A stretch of 63,037 nt of DNA, counting the filler, from Sphacelaria rigidula (taxonomy: Eukaryota), in the NCBI GenBank assembly GCA_964200075.2. It is 11 parts of 11 records of this genome, joined end to end, with 100 filler letters (N's around TTAATTAATTAA, not from the genome) between each part and the next. Parts side by side here need not be neighbours in the genome. Positions count along the whole stretch, not along the records: positions 34,441 to 40,080 come from CAXNAA020025652.1; positions 40,181 to 45,820 come from CAXNAA020025653.1; positions 45,921 to 51,559 come from CAXNAA020025654.1; 8 more parts are not named here. The stretch is one strand, 5' to 3'. The position numbers and the translations under genes were made by a program. Under the pieces are notes generated by a model. That model worked only from the letters and a program-made list of their open reading frames with translations. It did not search any database and was not told where the DNA came from. Below, piece by piece: positions 38,965-51,559 of the stretch (position 1 is its first letter; each line of letters begins with the position of its first letter).

Positions 38965-39195
38965 ACGAATCAGGTAGTACACCGCCAAAGAGGAAAAGGT
39001 GGAACACGTAGGGTGTGACCAAGGGCGGATCAAGCAGTGTAAAACCAAAAAGGAAAAATGTGTCACGTAGTACACACGCGAAAGATGAAAAATGTATCAC
39101 CCAGAACACACACACGAAATATGACAAACGCGTCGCGTAATACACAACCCAAAGATGAAAAGTGGATCGCGTAGTGCACACCCAGCGAAAGATTT
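38965..39195. repeat. Degenerate ~35-bp tandem repeats
   Basis: About 4-6 units of AAAGATGAAAA.TG..TC.CGTAGTACAC..CG. Confidence 0.65.
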
Positions 39196-40467
39196 AGAAG
39201 CGGGGCTGGGGTGTTGTAGAAACCTGATGGAGGGTGCGGTGACAGAAGTACAGCACCGATACTTGTCAATTGTGTTAGGGCAGATTGTCACGCGGAAGAA
39301 CAGATAATGTGCACTGCAGTACTGCGACACGGTGGAGCGGCAGTTACGACCTACACAGTTGTTGCACCGAAAAAGTAAGCGTGTGGGCTGCAAGCGGGGA
39401 ACCAAAACACGAGAACAGTCAGTGTTAAGGGTGAGGGGACACTTCAAGATAGACACAGCGGCGGCGCACAAGTGTCAACGTCCTGCAAGGAGAAAAGCAT
39501 AGTCGCTTGCGCCGTAAGATAAAAGCGGCGCGTTTTGGATCTGTCCACTAAGGTATAATGTCAACTGCCTGCAAGGGGCACAGCGAGTAATTTGACACAG
39601 CGCTGGACGTATTCGTCGAGCGATGCGGAGCAGGAGGACAATGACAAGGGAGCAAGGGCACTACAGATTAAGAGTGCGAGCTCAACAAAAGAAGCGACCA
39701 AAGCAAGAGAAGGGCAATAGACAGAGTGTGCGAGCGGTGGAGGCGCAATTGTGGCTGCTGCGGCGGAAATGCAACTGAAGGGATGTAGAGAGACAGCACT
39801 GTAGCACAGCAAAAAAGAAAGACTCCAGAGGCTGAATGAAAACCAAGGACTGTTGAAACTGCTACTAACAAGAGGAAAATGACAGGGTGAACCAAAAGTG
39901 AGGAGCAACAAACGTGGGCTACAGAAAGAGTCAGCTAAACAAGGTAACGAGGCTATACAAGAATACGAGTGAACGGCTACTGAAAAACCATGCAAGACAC
40001 GGCCGATTAAGTCAACGCAAATGTACTCCGTTCCCCGTCCTTCGACGAAGGCCATGACCGGTCTTGTCGGTACGGCGTGGNNNNNNNNNNNNNNNNNNNN
40101 NNNNNNNNNNNNNNNNNNNNNNNNTTAATTAATTAANNNNNNNNNNNNNNNNNNNNNNNNNNNNNNNNNNNNNNNNNNNNCGTGCAGAGGGGTGCGTCAG
40201 CTGCGATCTGGAGCTTTCGTTGATCTACTCTACCTCCCGTCTGCAGACGTCTGCCTATAGAGGTCACACTCGGTATTGATATCACATATATATGTTATTA
40301 TGTACCCAATTTCGGAACACCTTTAAAAACAAAAGAGTTTTTTCAAAGTACATCGACATGGTTGACATGACTCTCCTAACCTGAGCGCATCCCCAGCAGG
40401 CTACTGCCAGGATTTCAAGTTAAAAAGCCGTACAAGGAGGAAGTTCACTGGGGCAGGTTGCGACTCA

Positions 40468-41404
40468 GGCTGCTCCTTAAAGCAGACGAGGAAATAAAAA
40501 TCTGGAAACGTGCATTTTTGTAGCTTTTAAGTAATTTCACGCTCTAAGACCGACTCTCATGGGAGCCGTTCGAAATTCCTGTTCAACACTGTCTTTTTGG
40601 CCCTTCGTCGTTTTACGCCTGAAAAGAGGGTCGGGCGGCTGTTGACGCCTTGGAATGAAATGCTCTACTCATTGAGACCGTTCCAGGGTAACTTTGCGTT
40701 TCCCGCTGGCCGCATATTTCATTTTTGGCCGAACACGGGTTTTCAACAAAAAACGGTCAAGCGATAAAAAAACAGGGGAGAATTTCGATCACCTGACCGT
40801 GTTTTACTGAAAATCCGTGTTTGGCCTCATTTGGCTGAAAATGAGAGGGCGGCCAGCGGGAAATGAAAAGTTGCCCTGCAAGCATCTCAGAGAGTAGAGC
40901 AAGTCATTCCAAGGCGTCAACATTCGCCTAGCCCTCTTTTCGGGCGTAAATCGACAGAGAAGGGCCCAAAAGGCAGTTTTCGACAGGAATTTTGAACGGC
41001 TGCCATTAGAGTTGGCCTATTAGGGAGCTAGGCGGATGGTGTTAGCTTGGAATGCCTTGCTGTACTCGTCGAGACGGTTCCAGAACACTTGCGCGTTTTG
41101 GCGGTGGCCGCGGTGTTTTCCTTCCCCAAAGTTGCACTTTTTTTCTCGTAGACCTGTCAAGTCCGGACAAATCTCGGACATCTTTGTGAACCCGACCGGC
41201 CTCCGAGAAAAATGGAGTTTGGGCAAGAAAAAAACTGCACCTACCGCAAAAACGAACAGGTGCGCTGGAATCGCCTCGACGAGTACAGCAAGGATTTGAA
41301 GGCGCCAAAATCTTCCTCGCTCTCTTTGAGGGCGTAAAACGACCTAGAAGTTCCAGAAAGGCGCTTTTTATTTCCAGATTTTTTTCTTGCTATATAGAGC
41401 GGCC
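40468..41404. mobile_element. PIF/Harbinger-like MITE (outer)
   Basis: TCA|GGCTGCTC...GAGCGGCC|TCA; same termini as 31338-32180. Confidence 0.8.
40548..41017. mobile_element. PIF/Harbinger-like MITE nested in the left arm of the previous element
   Basis: TAA|GACCGACTCT..GCCGTTC.AAATTCCTG is inverted at the right end ..AGAGTTGGCC|TAT. Confidence 0.78.
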
Positions 41405-42169
41405 TCAGTGATCTTAGATAGCTAAAGGGGTATCTCAAATAGATGTGATACGGACGGATATCCCAGGTGGACATCGCTATCCCCGACGGATACAAGCGGG
41501 GCCGAGCAACGGTTCCTGCTCATGGTTAGCAGGTGGCGCGCAGCCCAACATTGGAAGTTGGGCGCTAAAATTTCAACACGGCATGTCTGTTGTTATTACG
41601 CGGAACATATTCGAAGCAGAAAAAAAAAAGAGCAATATGAAACGTCAGCAAAAAAGTGATGTCATAAGTCCTTCAGGAAAAATGTTCCTGCTACGAGCAC
41701 GAATTTTCAAGTTGCGTGCAGGAAATCCTCGTAAACGTTCGGCTCAATACTCCTGAAATTGGGCTGCGCGTTAAACACTTTTGTGTGACTTCAGGGTCAC
41801 GACTTTGAATCCCGGCAGATCCGTGATTTCAAGGGATCCCAACCCATTTCTCCCTTGGTACGCACCTTGAGTGGATATACGGCAGGGGTGCACAATTCAT
41901 TTTTGAGGCTCTGCACTCCATGAGCCTCTAGATGACAAACGTCTGGGCCTCAGTGTGCAGCCTCGGAAAAAGTTTGGGGCGAAAAGTGCATCCCTACCGT
42001 AGAATCATCTCCTTACACTTCGGTATCGCGAACCATGAATTGATCAACACTCCAGCACCGCTTCGATTCACGTCAAACAAATCCGGCTATACAGCCTATT
42101 TTTGCTACACGCACCCTCACGCTTTCAACGACAGATATGAAATACTTGCGAAAAACACGCCAAATTAGA

Positions 42170-42242
42170 CGCATCTGCTGGGAGTTGAATCCGCAGTTTC
42201 TTCACCCTAATGGTGTTGCAGTTGTACCATTAGATCACCGGT
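42170..42242 (-). mobile_element. tRNA-derived SINE head
   Basis: A-box-like TGATCTAATGGT and B-box-like GGATTCAACTCC; similar to 46300-46372. Confidence 0.5.
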
Positions 42243-43536
42243 GAGACTAATAAGGTGGAGAAAATGTGAAACTCAATTTACCCTGTTCACAGGACCTATA
42301 TCTTCCTTTGACAAAACATGACGTTTTTCAGTACAAACAAGACAGCAAGTACCACCGGATATAACAGCCCCCCGCCATATGTAAAAACCCGACAGTCGCC
42401 ACCTACCGGCTTCCACGTTACCTATCGACGCAGCAAGGGTTACAAAAGAGCAGACAGCCGTCAACTAAACTGATGGTGCTGCGTTCCATCTCAACGTCTA
42501 GCACATCGCTCTAGTTGCGTACTCTATCAACACCCAAGAATTTGGTACAATACTAATACTACAACTACTACTATTTTTCATCAGTGCGTTCTCACTGTCG
42601 GCTAATACAAAGATCCGGATTTTTATGTCGCAAACAAACCAAAAAAATTAAATAGATACAGATGGAACGCTCCAAAGGATCTTGCACGTTTTGGTGTGCA
42701 CATGTACAAGACGTGGTCAGCCAGCCAATAACTTGGGGACAATATCGACCGCAATATTACCCATGCATTGTATCCATCCCTCATGGTTAAATCCAATTGC
42801 TTTACCGAATACTTTGCGCTATCCAGAATAGCGGACGGTAAGTGACAGAAGGATATTTGGGGGACACAAATTGTGATGTGGTTTTTCATTTCTTCTCCGT
42901 TTGGGAGGGTTAATGACATCAGTTCCATCACCACGGACCCTGTTATCGTGACTCACCAAGGAGGCGGAGAAAAAAGAAACGGCGAAAAAAAAGAAACAAC
43001 AAAATCGCAGGATAGCCAGAGAAGAAACACGTGAACCAGAAGTCCCCCTCACACCGCCTTGGCTCCAACTGGCCCATGTATGCACCGCAAGGCGCAGTGC
43101 TCTGAACTACAGCTAAGCATGGTGAGGAATAACGACATCACAGCCCCGGGTCTATCAAAGGAGGACGGAAATCAATACGCATGCCACGAACTACCTGCAC
43201 TATCTTCCCCTCCTAACCTCCGCCCTTGAGCATACTGAGTCACCTTCGGTACAGCATTGGGTGACTGGCCGTCGGACCCATGTTGTTGATAACGTTCCGT
43301 TCCCTGGAGGACCCGCAACTAGTGTTGCTCAATTCCCCCCGCCAGCGCTCCCCCGCTACACTACCTCGCTCACAGCACCTCACGAAGCCATGATGTCACT
43401 GCGAGGCAACACAGCTGTTGTAGAGACTTTTCGCTGCCCGACGTAACCAGCCCCCCGCAGCATGACTTCGAGAAAAAAGTGGCGAAATTCGATGACGCAG
43501 TCACCTTGACTTGACGTGATAAAAATGTGTATGTCA

Positions 43537-44796
43537 TCACAGGATGTTATCTTCTTCCGTTGGCGAATCCATCGGTGCCAGAGCTCGTGCTTGTGCTCTC
43601 ACGTATTTGACTTCCTGGTAAAACGACCAGGTCACCTGTATGAGCAGCAACGGACGAGAGGCGGACAAGGGAAAATGACAGCGCCGCATGTTCGAACGAA
43701 AAGTAAACCAGAAAAAGCTCCGGGAATAAGGTACACAAGACGCCGCGAAGCATAATACACTACACTCGGATTCCACGTACTCATATGGCGGCTTGATCTG
43801 GTAAAGCATACCGACCTCTCCGTCAGACCAAACACCGAGACGAGACAAAAATATAAACACTCGCCTTATAGCAGTACAGCTGCACCGCCCACACCAGAAG
43901 TACCCAAACAACCCCCGGCCAACTTCCAGCGAGTAGCCATATGACTCCCCTGAAGATAATCCTCGCTGGCCACGAGTATTGGTACACTTGCGCGGTTTGC
44001 TCGTGGTACTTTAGGACACCATAAAGTCCGAAAAGAGACGCAAGAGTGAGCGCCAAGTACGAGGCAGTCATCGCCCTCGAGGACCACCACCCGTAGCCGT
44101 ATGCTTGCGGCATAAAAACCGGGGAATAGATGAGACGGCCGAAACGACCGTGGGGGAGGAAGGCGAGAGGGATCATCATGAAATAGGGACCTCTCAACGC
44201 AGGGAGTACAGTTTTGATACGCTTGATTGAGAGTACAGCCTGAATACGGAAGATTTGAACAGATTTCAAGGAGTGTACTTGGGTATATGGTGCCCAGGTA
44301 TCGACGCTTTTGTATATTTCGAGGACAACCAACGACAAACACGAAAGCTACGCGAAAAGAGGGGTGTTACGAGACACGAAAACCTAGCGTTCATGTGTTC
44401 GGAGGTGCGGTCAATCTTTTCGACGGCGGGGAAAAAAATATTATAATAATCAAAATTGAACTGTGAGATCGGGGGTGGGGTACCTGGATTACATGGAGGG
44501 TACCTCGTGAGGCAGGGAGCATACGCTTCCAGTTCCCCTCGAGCTGACGGCGAAATTTTGTCATCGGGCAGGAACAAGCGCTGCTGGTACCAAGCGAACC
44601 GATGCCACGGTAACCCCCCAACCCGTACAGAAAAGACTGTGAATAACTCACCGGAATCTTGTTGGATGAACCAGAGCCCGTGCAAGAGGATGTCCCAGGT
44701 TGCCAGTACTCCGGTGCCTTTCGATGGATCATGGAGTATGACAATCGTCCGTAATGGAAATTGTAAACAGACGGGAGAATATTTCCAGGACGTCAT
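43537..44796 (-). CDS. Candidate spliced gene, unknown hydrophobic/membrane protein
   Basis: Open stretches with plausible splice borders encode two hydrophobic segments (ASYLALTLASLFGLYGVL and IIFRGVIWLLAGSWPGVVWVLLVWAV). A putative last exon reads VTWSFYQEVK...EEDNIL*. No family recognised. Confidence 0.3.
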
Positions 44797-44904
44797 TGGG
44801 GAGGGAAAGGGAGGTTACTTTTGATGTACTCGCTGGCGTCATTTTTGTAAGAATATCTGGCATTTGCATGCCGATTACATGCGCGTCAGGTGACAATGAA
44901 AATT

Positions 44905-45560
44905 CCCTTTGACGTCGAGAAACTGCGCCAAGCTGTTGAAGCTCATATATCGACGAGCTATTCCCTTTCCCTGCCGTGCGAGCTTTTCAAGAATTGCAAC
45001 CAATGACTTGAAAACGACAGTCGCAGGGATTGAAAAGCATGACCTCAGAGAGGCATGGTTTGGCAGTGATCTTCGAGGTATCACACAAGATAAATGGCCA
45101 CGTAAATGCTGCAGGTATGCTGAGCATTTGGACGCTAAACCCAAAAGATGCTCGACTTCGAAGTGAAAGCGATAAACGTACTATTCAGTTCCCGTTTTGT
45201 TTAGGGGCTACTCCTCTATTTCCTTGCCCTGTGTTGTGTTCCTCCTTCTCGTTGCTCCTCCCTTCTTCTCTATTCTTACATTTTCTCTTCTTGTTGCTTG
45301 TTTGTGCTTTACTGTAGTTTTGTGCGGTCTTCTTACCTGAAAGCCAAGTGGCAGATCTCCTGCCGAGGATGATATCTGGGGCCCGATACTATACGTAAGC
45401 CTGTTCTCGCGTCTACACTGTTTCTTTCTACCTCTCGTTTTTGCCTCATTTTGCCCTACAATTTCTCTCCTTTTTCATATCTTCTCGACTTTCCCTGCAG
45501 CGAGTTCTTCTGTTATGTTGACCTTGGCTACAATTCGTCCATCTAGTTACCACCGCTGGA
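44905..45560 (+). mobile_element. Decayed RTE-like LINE 3' fragment
   Basis: The translation resembles the RTE ORF2 C-terminus (..IYRRAIPF..; ..AWFGSDLRGI..W) and is followed by a pyrimidine-rich UTR. Confidence 0.4.
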
Positions 45561-46295
45561 TTCATGACGGATGAGTTGACGTTCATGTGCGACAGACGAC
45601 CATCCATCAAATCGACGGGCCAGATAGTTTGAACGCGCATCTAGTGTGGCACTCGAAACCTTCATAACAAGAAACGCGATGCCCCCGCTCAGTATTTTCA
45701 TTGAGCATTATGATCCTATGCAAGCCTCGGTACCAATGCAAGCGCTGGAGCGTGTATGAGTGGGCACGCGCGCGGGGGGGGGGGGGAGTCCTAGGCATGC
45801 TTGCCATAGGCTTCAAGCAANNNNNNNNNNNNNNNNNNNNNNNNNNNNNNNNNNNNNNNNNNNNTTAATTAATTAANNNNNNNNNNNNNNNNNNNNNNNN
45901 NNNNNNNNNNNNNNNNNNNNTATGGCATGCATGATCATGAGACCCCCCCCCCCCCCCTCCAAAGCAGCCCAAACTGTCACGAAGAATCCCATGCGGCGCA
46001 TGTAGTTGGTTTCAAGTTGCATGAAGCGCCTCCGATGAGCGATACAAGCGAAAGCGATCCCAGGTGTGGGATTTGTAGCTGTTCGGTGCCCTCGACTCTT
46101 GTAATTTTGACTTGCATGTAGCTTTTGTCTCCTCAAACCATCCACGTTTTCTGGGAGGAGCTATCGCGGCGTCACTTTCCTGGTGGGTATAGGGACACGT
46201 TCGCCTCCGGCGGTTTGTAGATATCCCTGCCTATGTGCTCAAACACGGACTGTCGCTTACCCTAGGTTCGCTGATGTGGTACTTGCAGGTTCGCC

Positions 46296-46380
46296 CCGCA
46301 CCGGTGGTTAAACGGGTACGACTAAAACCAACGGCTGCGCAATATTGCGGGTTCAAATCCCGGCACACGCGGTCCCAGGG
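46296..46380 (+). mobile_element. tRNA-derived SINE head
   Basis: A-box TGGTTAAACGGG (46305) and B-box GGTTCAAATCC (46350); no intact cloverleaf. Confidence 0.55.
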
Positions 46381-48215
46381 TTCTCCTTTTGAGAAAAGTA
46401 AAATATTGTTTTCGTGAAATTGAGTGTAGAGCTTTGCTTGAGAGTGGGTTTTGTCATTCGCTCCAACTTGGCCATTTTTACATTCTCTGTTTGCTTTTTT
46501 TTCGCCTGTAGCGCTGGCGTGTGCTTACAGCTGCACGCCGATATTCCACTCAGGGATATCAAGGGCTTCAGTGGCAAGCTACTACAGGAATCATATCGGG
46601 CGTCTTGGAGGGGCATTTTGGAAGTGAAAGTATTCATTCATTCATCGACCGCTTCTTACTCTCAGTCGTGTCCTCCACTCTCAATCTCTCCAAAACATTG
46701 GTGTAACTAATTTTCGTCGATCAAACAAGTGAGGACGTGAAGGGCGAAGAAAATAGCATTCGACGAGAATCGACGAGGTGTGGGAATGCTGGTCAAATCC
46801 GCGGTACCAGGATGTAAGGCGTGCGCCGGGGAGGATGGGCTGATGATTCCTCAAGACTAAAGGCCCGTTCCGAGGAAGGGGGTCGGAGTGAAAAGCCCGA
46901 CTGAAATGAAAATAGAAGGTGAACATATAACTGGGTCGCAACCTACTTTAATGTTCTTACTGCCTATCCGGCCTCCTTACCTACAGTCCGGACGGTGGCG
47001 TGTAGGAGCGTTCTCGGTACAAGTATTAGTCAAGCGTGACGATATCCTTCTGCCCCTCTCTCGTCTATATTTTTGTATCCTGCCGTTGTTCCCGAGTTTC
47101 CTTGTGCCAGCGTGTGCTTCATCTATCCACACTGTTTACGTCTATCTGTGACTGCGACTGTGTTTGTAAAGGATAAAAAAATGAGGACCAATTGATCTAC
47201 CCCAGCCGATCAGGAGGGGCTACTTCCGAGCCAAAGCCGGATTGCTCCTCTCACCTTGCAGAGAAAACATTTCGAAACGTTGCAGTTGTGGCTCACCATG
47301 AAACGCCGAACAGCTGCATTGAAAAACATCTCCCTCGTGTGGAGATCATACATGTATGAGCGTAACGGGCACCATAATATATGTAAACCGGAGAAACAGT
47401 GTCAGGAATGAGGTCCACCAGTGACATTTATGAGGGTACTCGACACGCTCAAACCTGTGAAACTGGATCTGCGGCAACTTAGGCAACGGGGTCTCCAGTG
47501 GAAAGAGCTCGGAGTAATGGAGCCACTGCATGAACCTTGGTTGACCGTTCGCGGTACCTCCATACCGGCCTGGTCAGTTGTTCCTCTTACCTACAATCTG
47601 TCGCGGCCAAATCCCTGCCTAAACGACAAGAGAGAAAATTACACATCACTTTGGAGATCCTTCGGCAGCAGGGCACGACAACGATCTTCTTCGGAACGCG
47701 TTATTCTACTGCCTCACTCGTAGCGAACCCTAGTTCACATTCGGGTATATTTCATTTTTCACCGTATTCCTGAACTATTTTCTTCTAGACTTCGGTTTGC
47801 CGATATAGAAGGGTGGGGCCACTTAGAATTTGGGTAAGAGCAGGGTGGGAAAGGGCTGGAAATTCCCTATAAAAAGGCCCCCGCTCGTGAAAAAAATACG
47901 TTTGGCGGGACGGCGCTTTCGCCCAAAAGGAGTTTCTCGCCTCAGGCTTCCGTAACGTGGTTGACGATGTTAACATGCATCACACGTGAAATTTCCATAC
48001 GTTGGAGATATGGGGGGGGAGAGATTTCGCGCACCGTCCCTCGGGGCCGGGCTTCCCTTTATTTTTTCCCCTATAGTTTGAATATCTCAACATGGCGACC
48101 GCAAAAAATACTCAATCTCCCACGGACGATTGGGCTTCTTTCCTCGAGAATAGAAGAAGCGTATCATTTTGTGTTGACATGGGCCACACCTTGATCGATT
48201 GACTCGCTGAAGTTT

Positions 48216-48620
48216 ATCTCACCTCGCAGTTCGAGTCTCGCGCCACTTGATGCATCTCTGTGTGGGCGAAAATATATCGTCCGCTTTCCTATCTTTTTTC
48301 AACAGTTGTCAGCCCCTCGGCATACGCAACTTGATATTGCGTCTTCAGACGACAGGAGAAACGCCGAACCTACCGCAGATCCTAAATTGAGTACGATCGT
48401 GTTACGGTATCTTGACACCGATCTCAGCTCACAGTGCGAGCCTCGCGCCACTCTGTGTAGGCAAGATGAGTTCGTGAGGTCTCCCATGTCTTTCGAGACG
48501 CTGCCGCCTCCTGCGGCATGCGAAATCGGTGTTGCGCCTTTAGACGATAACAGAAAGGTCGAAACTGCCGCGAATTTTAAATCAAATGCGATTCTGTGTC
48601 TGGCCACTCTCTTACCGATG
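48216..48620. repeat. Diverged ~205-bp tandem duplication
   Basis: ATCTCA.CTC.CAGT.CGAG.CTCGCGCCACT occurs at 48216 and 48421, and the downstream blocks also align. Confidence 0.65.
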
Positions 48621-49573
48621 TGGGTGCGATGCCGTTTCAGATGCTGCAAGAGAAAATGCCCATCTTGTTGTGCCCGCGTTTTGCGGAATATTCATCGCCA
48701 GTTTGCGCGCGGTACGTCGAATCAGACCAAATGTCTTGAAGGGGGTATCCATGATCATATCGACGTATTCTACCTAGGTTCATGCCGGGTTTACTGTTCT
48801 TTCATTTTTGCCATCGATTCTGCTGACTCCACCATGTATTGTTTCATAGGGGTGGTGAAGAACGTGACAGAAAGATATGACCATCATAAAACAATCCAAC
48901 GTTGTGATATGCCATATTTGGCACCTGCAGACACTCACACTGGACGTCTGACACGTTTCGAGGTAGAACTAGTACAGCACATAGCCCATCACCGCTCAAG
49001 GAAGGGCCTGTTTTGAGTGCGTTGGATTGTTGGACAGTAGAATATTCGGATATTCGGATGTTGCCCTCAACAAAACTGTTTCAACTGTGACGTGACGCGT
49101 TTGTTCAGAAACAGACAGTCAATGCCCCCCTTGAGTTCGCGATCGAGTAAAACAAAACAAAGTACGCGATCAGTGAATCTTTCGGAACTGCGACCTGCTG
49201 GGTGAAGATTTTCTGTATTTTACACATGATGGCCTGCATGTGCGCGGTTTGTGAGGGCATAGGGGGTGCTATTCACCGTTCGTCGGTGGGTGAATTTCAC
49301 CGCATTTTCTCCTCGTCGTCCGCCTACTGTGTATTAATAGTCCGCACGCTTGCTTCTAGATTTACCCGGACCGAAACTCCGCAAGATGGCCGTTCCGCGC
49401 ACAGTCAGTTGCGCCGCTGTTTCTCTGCCGCTCAGGCTTTTCCCATCAAGACACGCTCTTGAAGGCGGGGTGACCTTTGTTTTAACCGCTATAATAGGGG
49501 TGACCATCTGTTGAATCGGTATCGTGTCAGAATGACTTGAACGATAGTGAACCGCCCTGGGGGTTACAGGGTT

Positions 49574-49762
49574 TGATCAACCCACACAAGATATGTACGA
49601 AAAAAAAGATAGCACCCGCCCTGTAGTCAACCCGCTCACGAAATGTACATAACATACGACCACCCCGCTCACCAGCTTCATGTATGACACAGCGCCAGTC
49701 CTGTGATCAACCTGCTCACAAGAAATATGTACCGTAACATAGTGATCAACCCGCTCACACCG
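49574..49762 (+). repeat. Five spaced copies of GATCAACCCGCTCAC-like motif
   Basis: Copies at about 49574, 49623, 49657, 49703 and 49743, with variable but related spacers. Confidence 0.7.
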
Positions 49763-50098
49763 GTCCAAGTAAGTCTGTATCAGGCGGAGCAAATTAGGAG
49801 TCATGTTGACCAATGAAAACCGTAGAATGTGAGAAGAGCAAATCAGGGATGAGAAATAGGATTCACGGGACAGCGGTGAGCCAATATATGTACCCAATTT
49901 CCATCAACAGCATCACATTCAGAATGTACACTTCATGTTTTGGCTGTTTGAGTTCGCGCCCGAACCCGAACGCTCAGCTGCCCACCACCTCCCACACTTT
50001 CGTCCACCCCCCACCAACTCCACAACAGCACCGACAACATCTCCGTACTTTCGTACAGCCTACCTGTACTCTTCCCTCTACTGCTACTACTACCGATC

Positions 50099-50176
50099 AT
50101 GGCTCCGTCTACTACTGCTGTTCTTGCTCTCACCGCGGCCGCCGCCCTCAGCTTTGTCAACGCCGCTGAGTATCGG
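50099..50176 (+). CDS. Probable first coding exon of a secreted or ER-targeted protein
   Basis: MAPSTTAVLALTAAAALSFVNA-AEYR is a signal-peptide pattern. It is followed by a GTGGGT donor and preceded by a C/A-rich leader. Confidence 0.55.
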
Positions 50177-50708
50177 GTGGGTACAGCCACCACCAGAGTT
50201 CTCACCCCAATAGCGTACCGCACTGTTCTTGCGATTGAATGTTTGCGGTATACCCACGGTATAAAATTTTCGCTCGACAGACCCCCGGGTAAATATTATC
50301 ATGATCACCGGTGGCCACAGGGGTACCTCGAGGACAATGACATGGCAACGTCCCACGCTTTGTTGGGGATAACACGTTGTGCGCACATCAGGCCAGCCCA
50401 GAACATGTCGTGGAGCGCTTTATACAAACACACTAACGACACCACAACAGCGTAAAATAAGCTTGCAATATTCACGTCAAGGTACAACAAGTCGAGTTAG
50501 AAGGATCTACGAATCACACACAATAAAATGTTCGTTCGATGTGTAGAGGAGGGCTTCAGATGAATGCAACTCAAACAAATGCCCCTCCCCCCCTGGTCAT
50601 CGCGGGTGGGTGTGCTGCTCAAGCTACGCTATGCGCAGCTGGAAGCGCGTGTATACTCTTGAGCGGGGTACCAAACACACACCTGGCCCGAAGTCTACGC
50701 GCGTAGTA

Positions 50709-51559
50709 CGAGCTGGGCCAGCCTAGAGGTGGATTTGAAGTTTGCAGGCCCATGCTCTTTTATACATGTAGAGTTGGGCCCTGAAAATTTGGTATGGACA
50801 ATGCATAGGGCTTGAAAAAAAAGATTACTTCGGTACCCATTATATATATATATTCTTCATGAGTTCGGGGCATTTTACTGATACCTAAAAACCGATTATT
50901 GCCCTTAACTCATGAAAAAAAAACACTTTTGATACCGAAGTATATATTTTTTTTATGGCCTATGCACCGTCCATATACCAAATTTCAGGGTCCAACTCTA
51001 AATGTATAAAATAGCACGGGCCTATCAAAACCGGGTCGGTAGAAATTCGGAACAGTATTTCGCAGGCCCACGTTTGGTTTTTGTGTATTGAAATTTGGTG
51101 TGGGCGCTCTCTAAGGCATAATCAACAAGAAAAAGTGGGTTAGGTTGACTTCTTTTTTTCCCACTGGTTCAGGGCGTTCTACTATGGTCAAGATCATTTT
51201 TTCACGAGAACGTCCGAACCTCTATGAAAAAAAGTAAATTAAGGGCCATTTTTTTTCGGCACACTTTTGTGGTTCTCCATGCTAACTTTCAAATCACAAT
51301 AATTCTAGAAATTGAGCTACAACATTGCGATGAGGCCTAGGAGCAACGTTCACTTCTCCTCAAAATTCCACTAAAAACACAAAAAGCACAAAAAAGAATG
51401 ATAAAAGGTCGCAAGCCCTTTTTATTTTTTTATTTTGCACTAACGGTTCACTACACGAAGTTTCATCGAACAACACTCAAAAAATGAGACGCAATGTCCA
51501 GATTAAGGGCATCTAGTGCCTCTGCTCGTAATATATTGATTTTAGTATGAAAAATTATG
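50709..51559. mobile_element. CGAGCTGGGCCAGC-family element, truncated by contig end
   Basis: TA|CGAGCTGGGCCAGCC start and an internal inverted repeat at ~50760-51010; homologous to 9540-10340. Confidence 0.72.

Noticed and set aside
46296..46372. tRNA gene
   Set aside because: A and B boxes are present but there is no acceptor or anticodon stem, so it is treated as a SINE head.
49574..49762. CRISPR-like repeat-spacer array
   Set aside because: The repeats are only ~15 bp and degenerate, and the spacers resemble each other.
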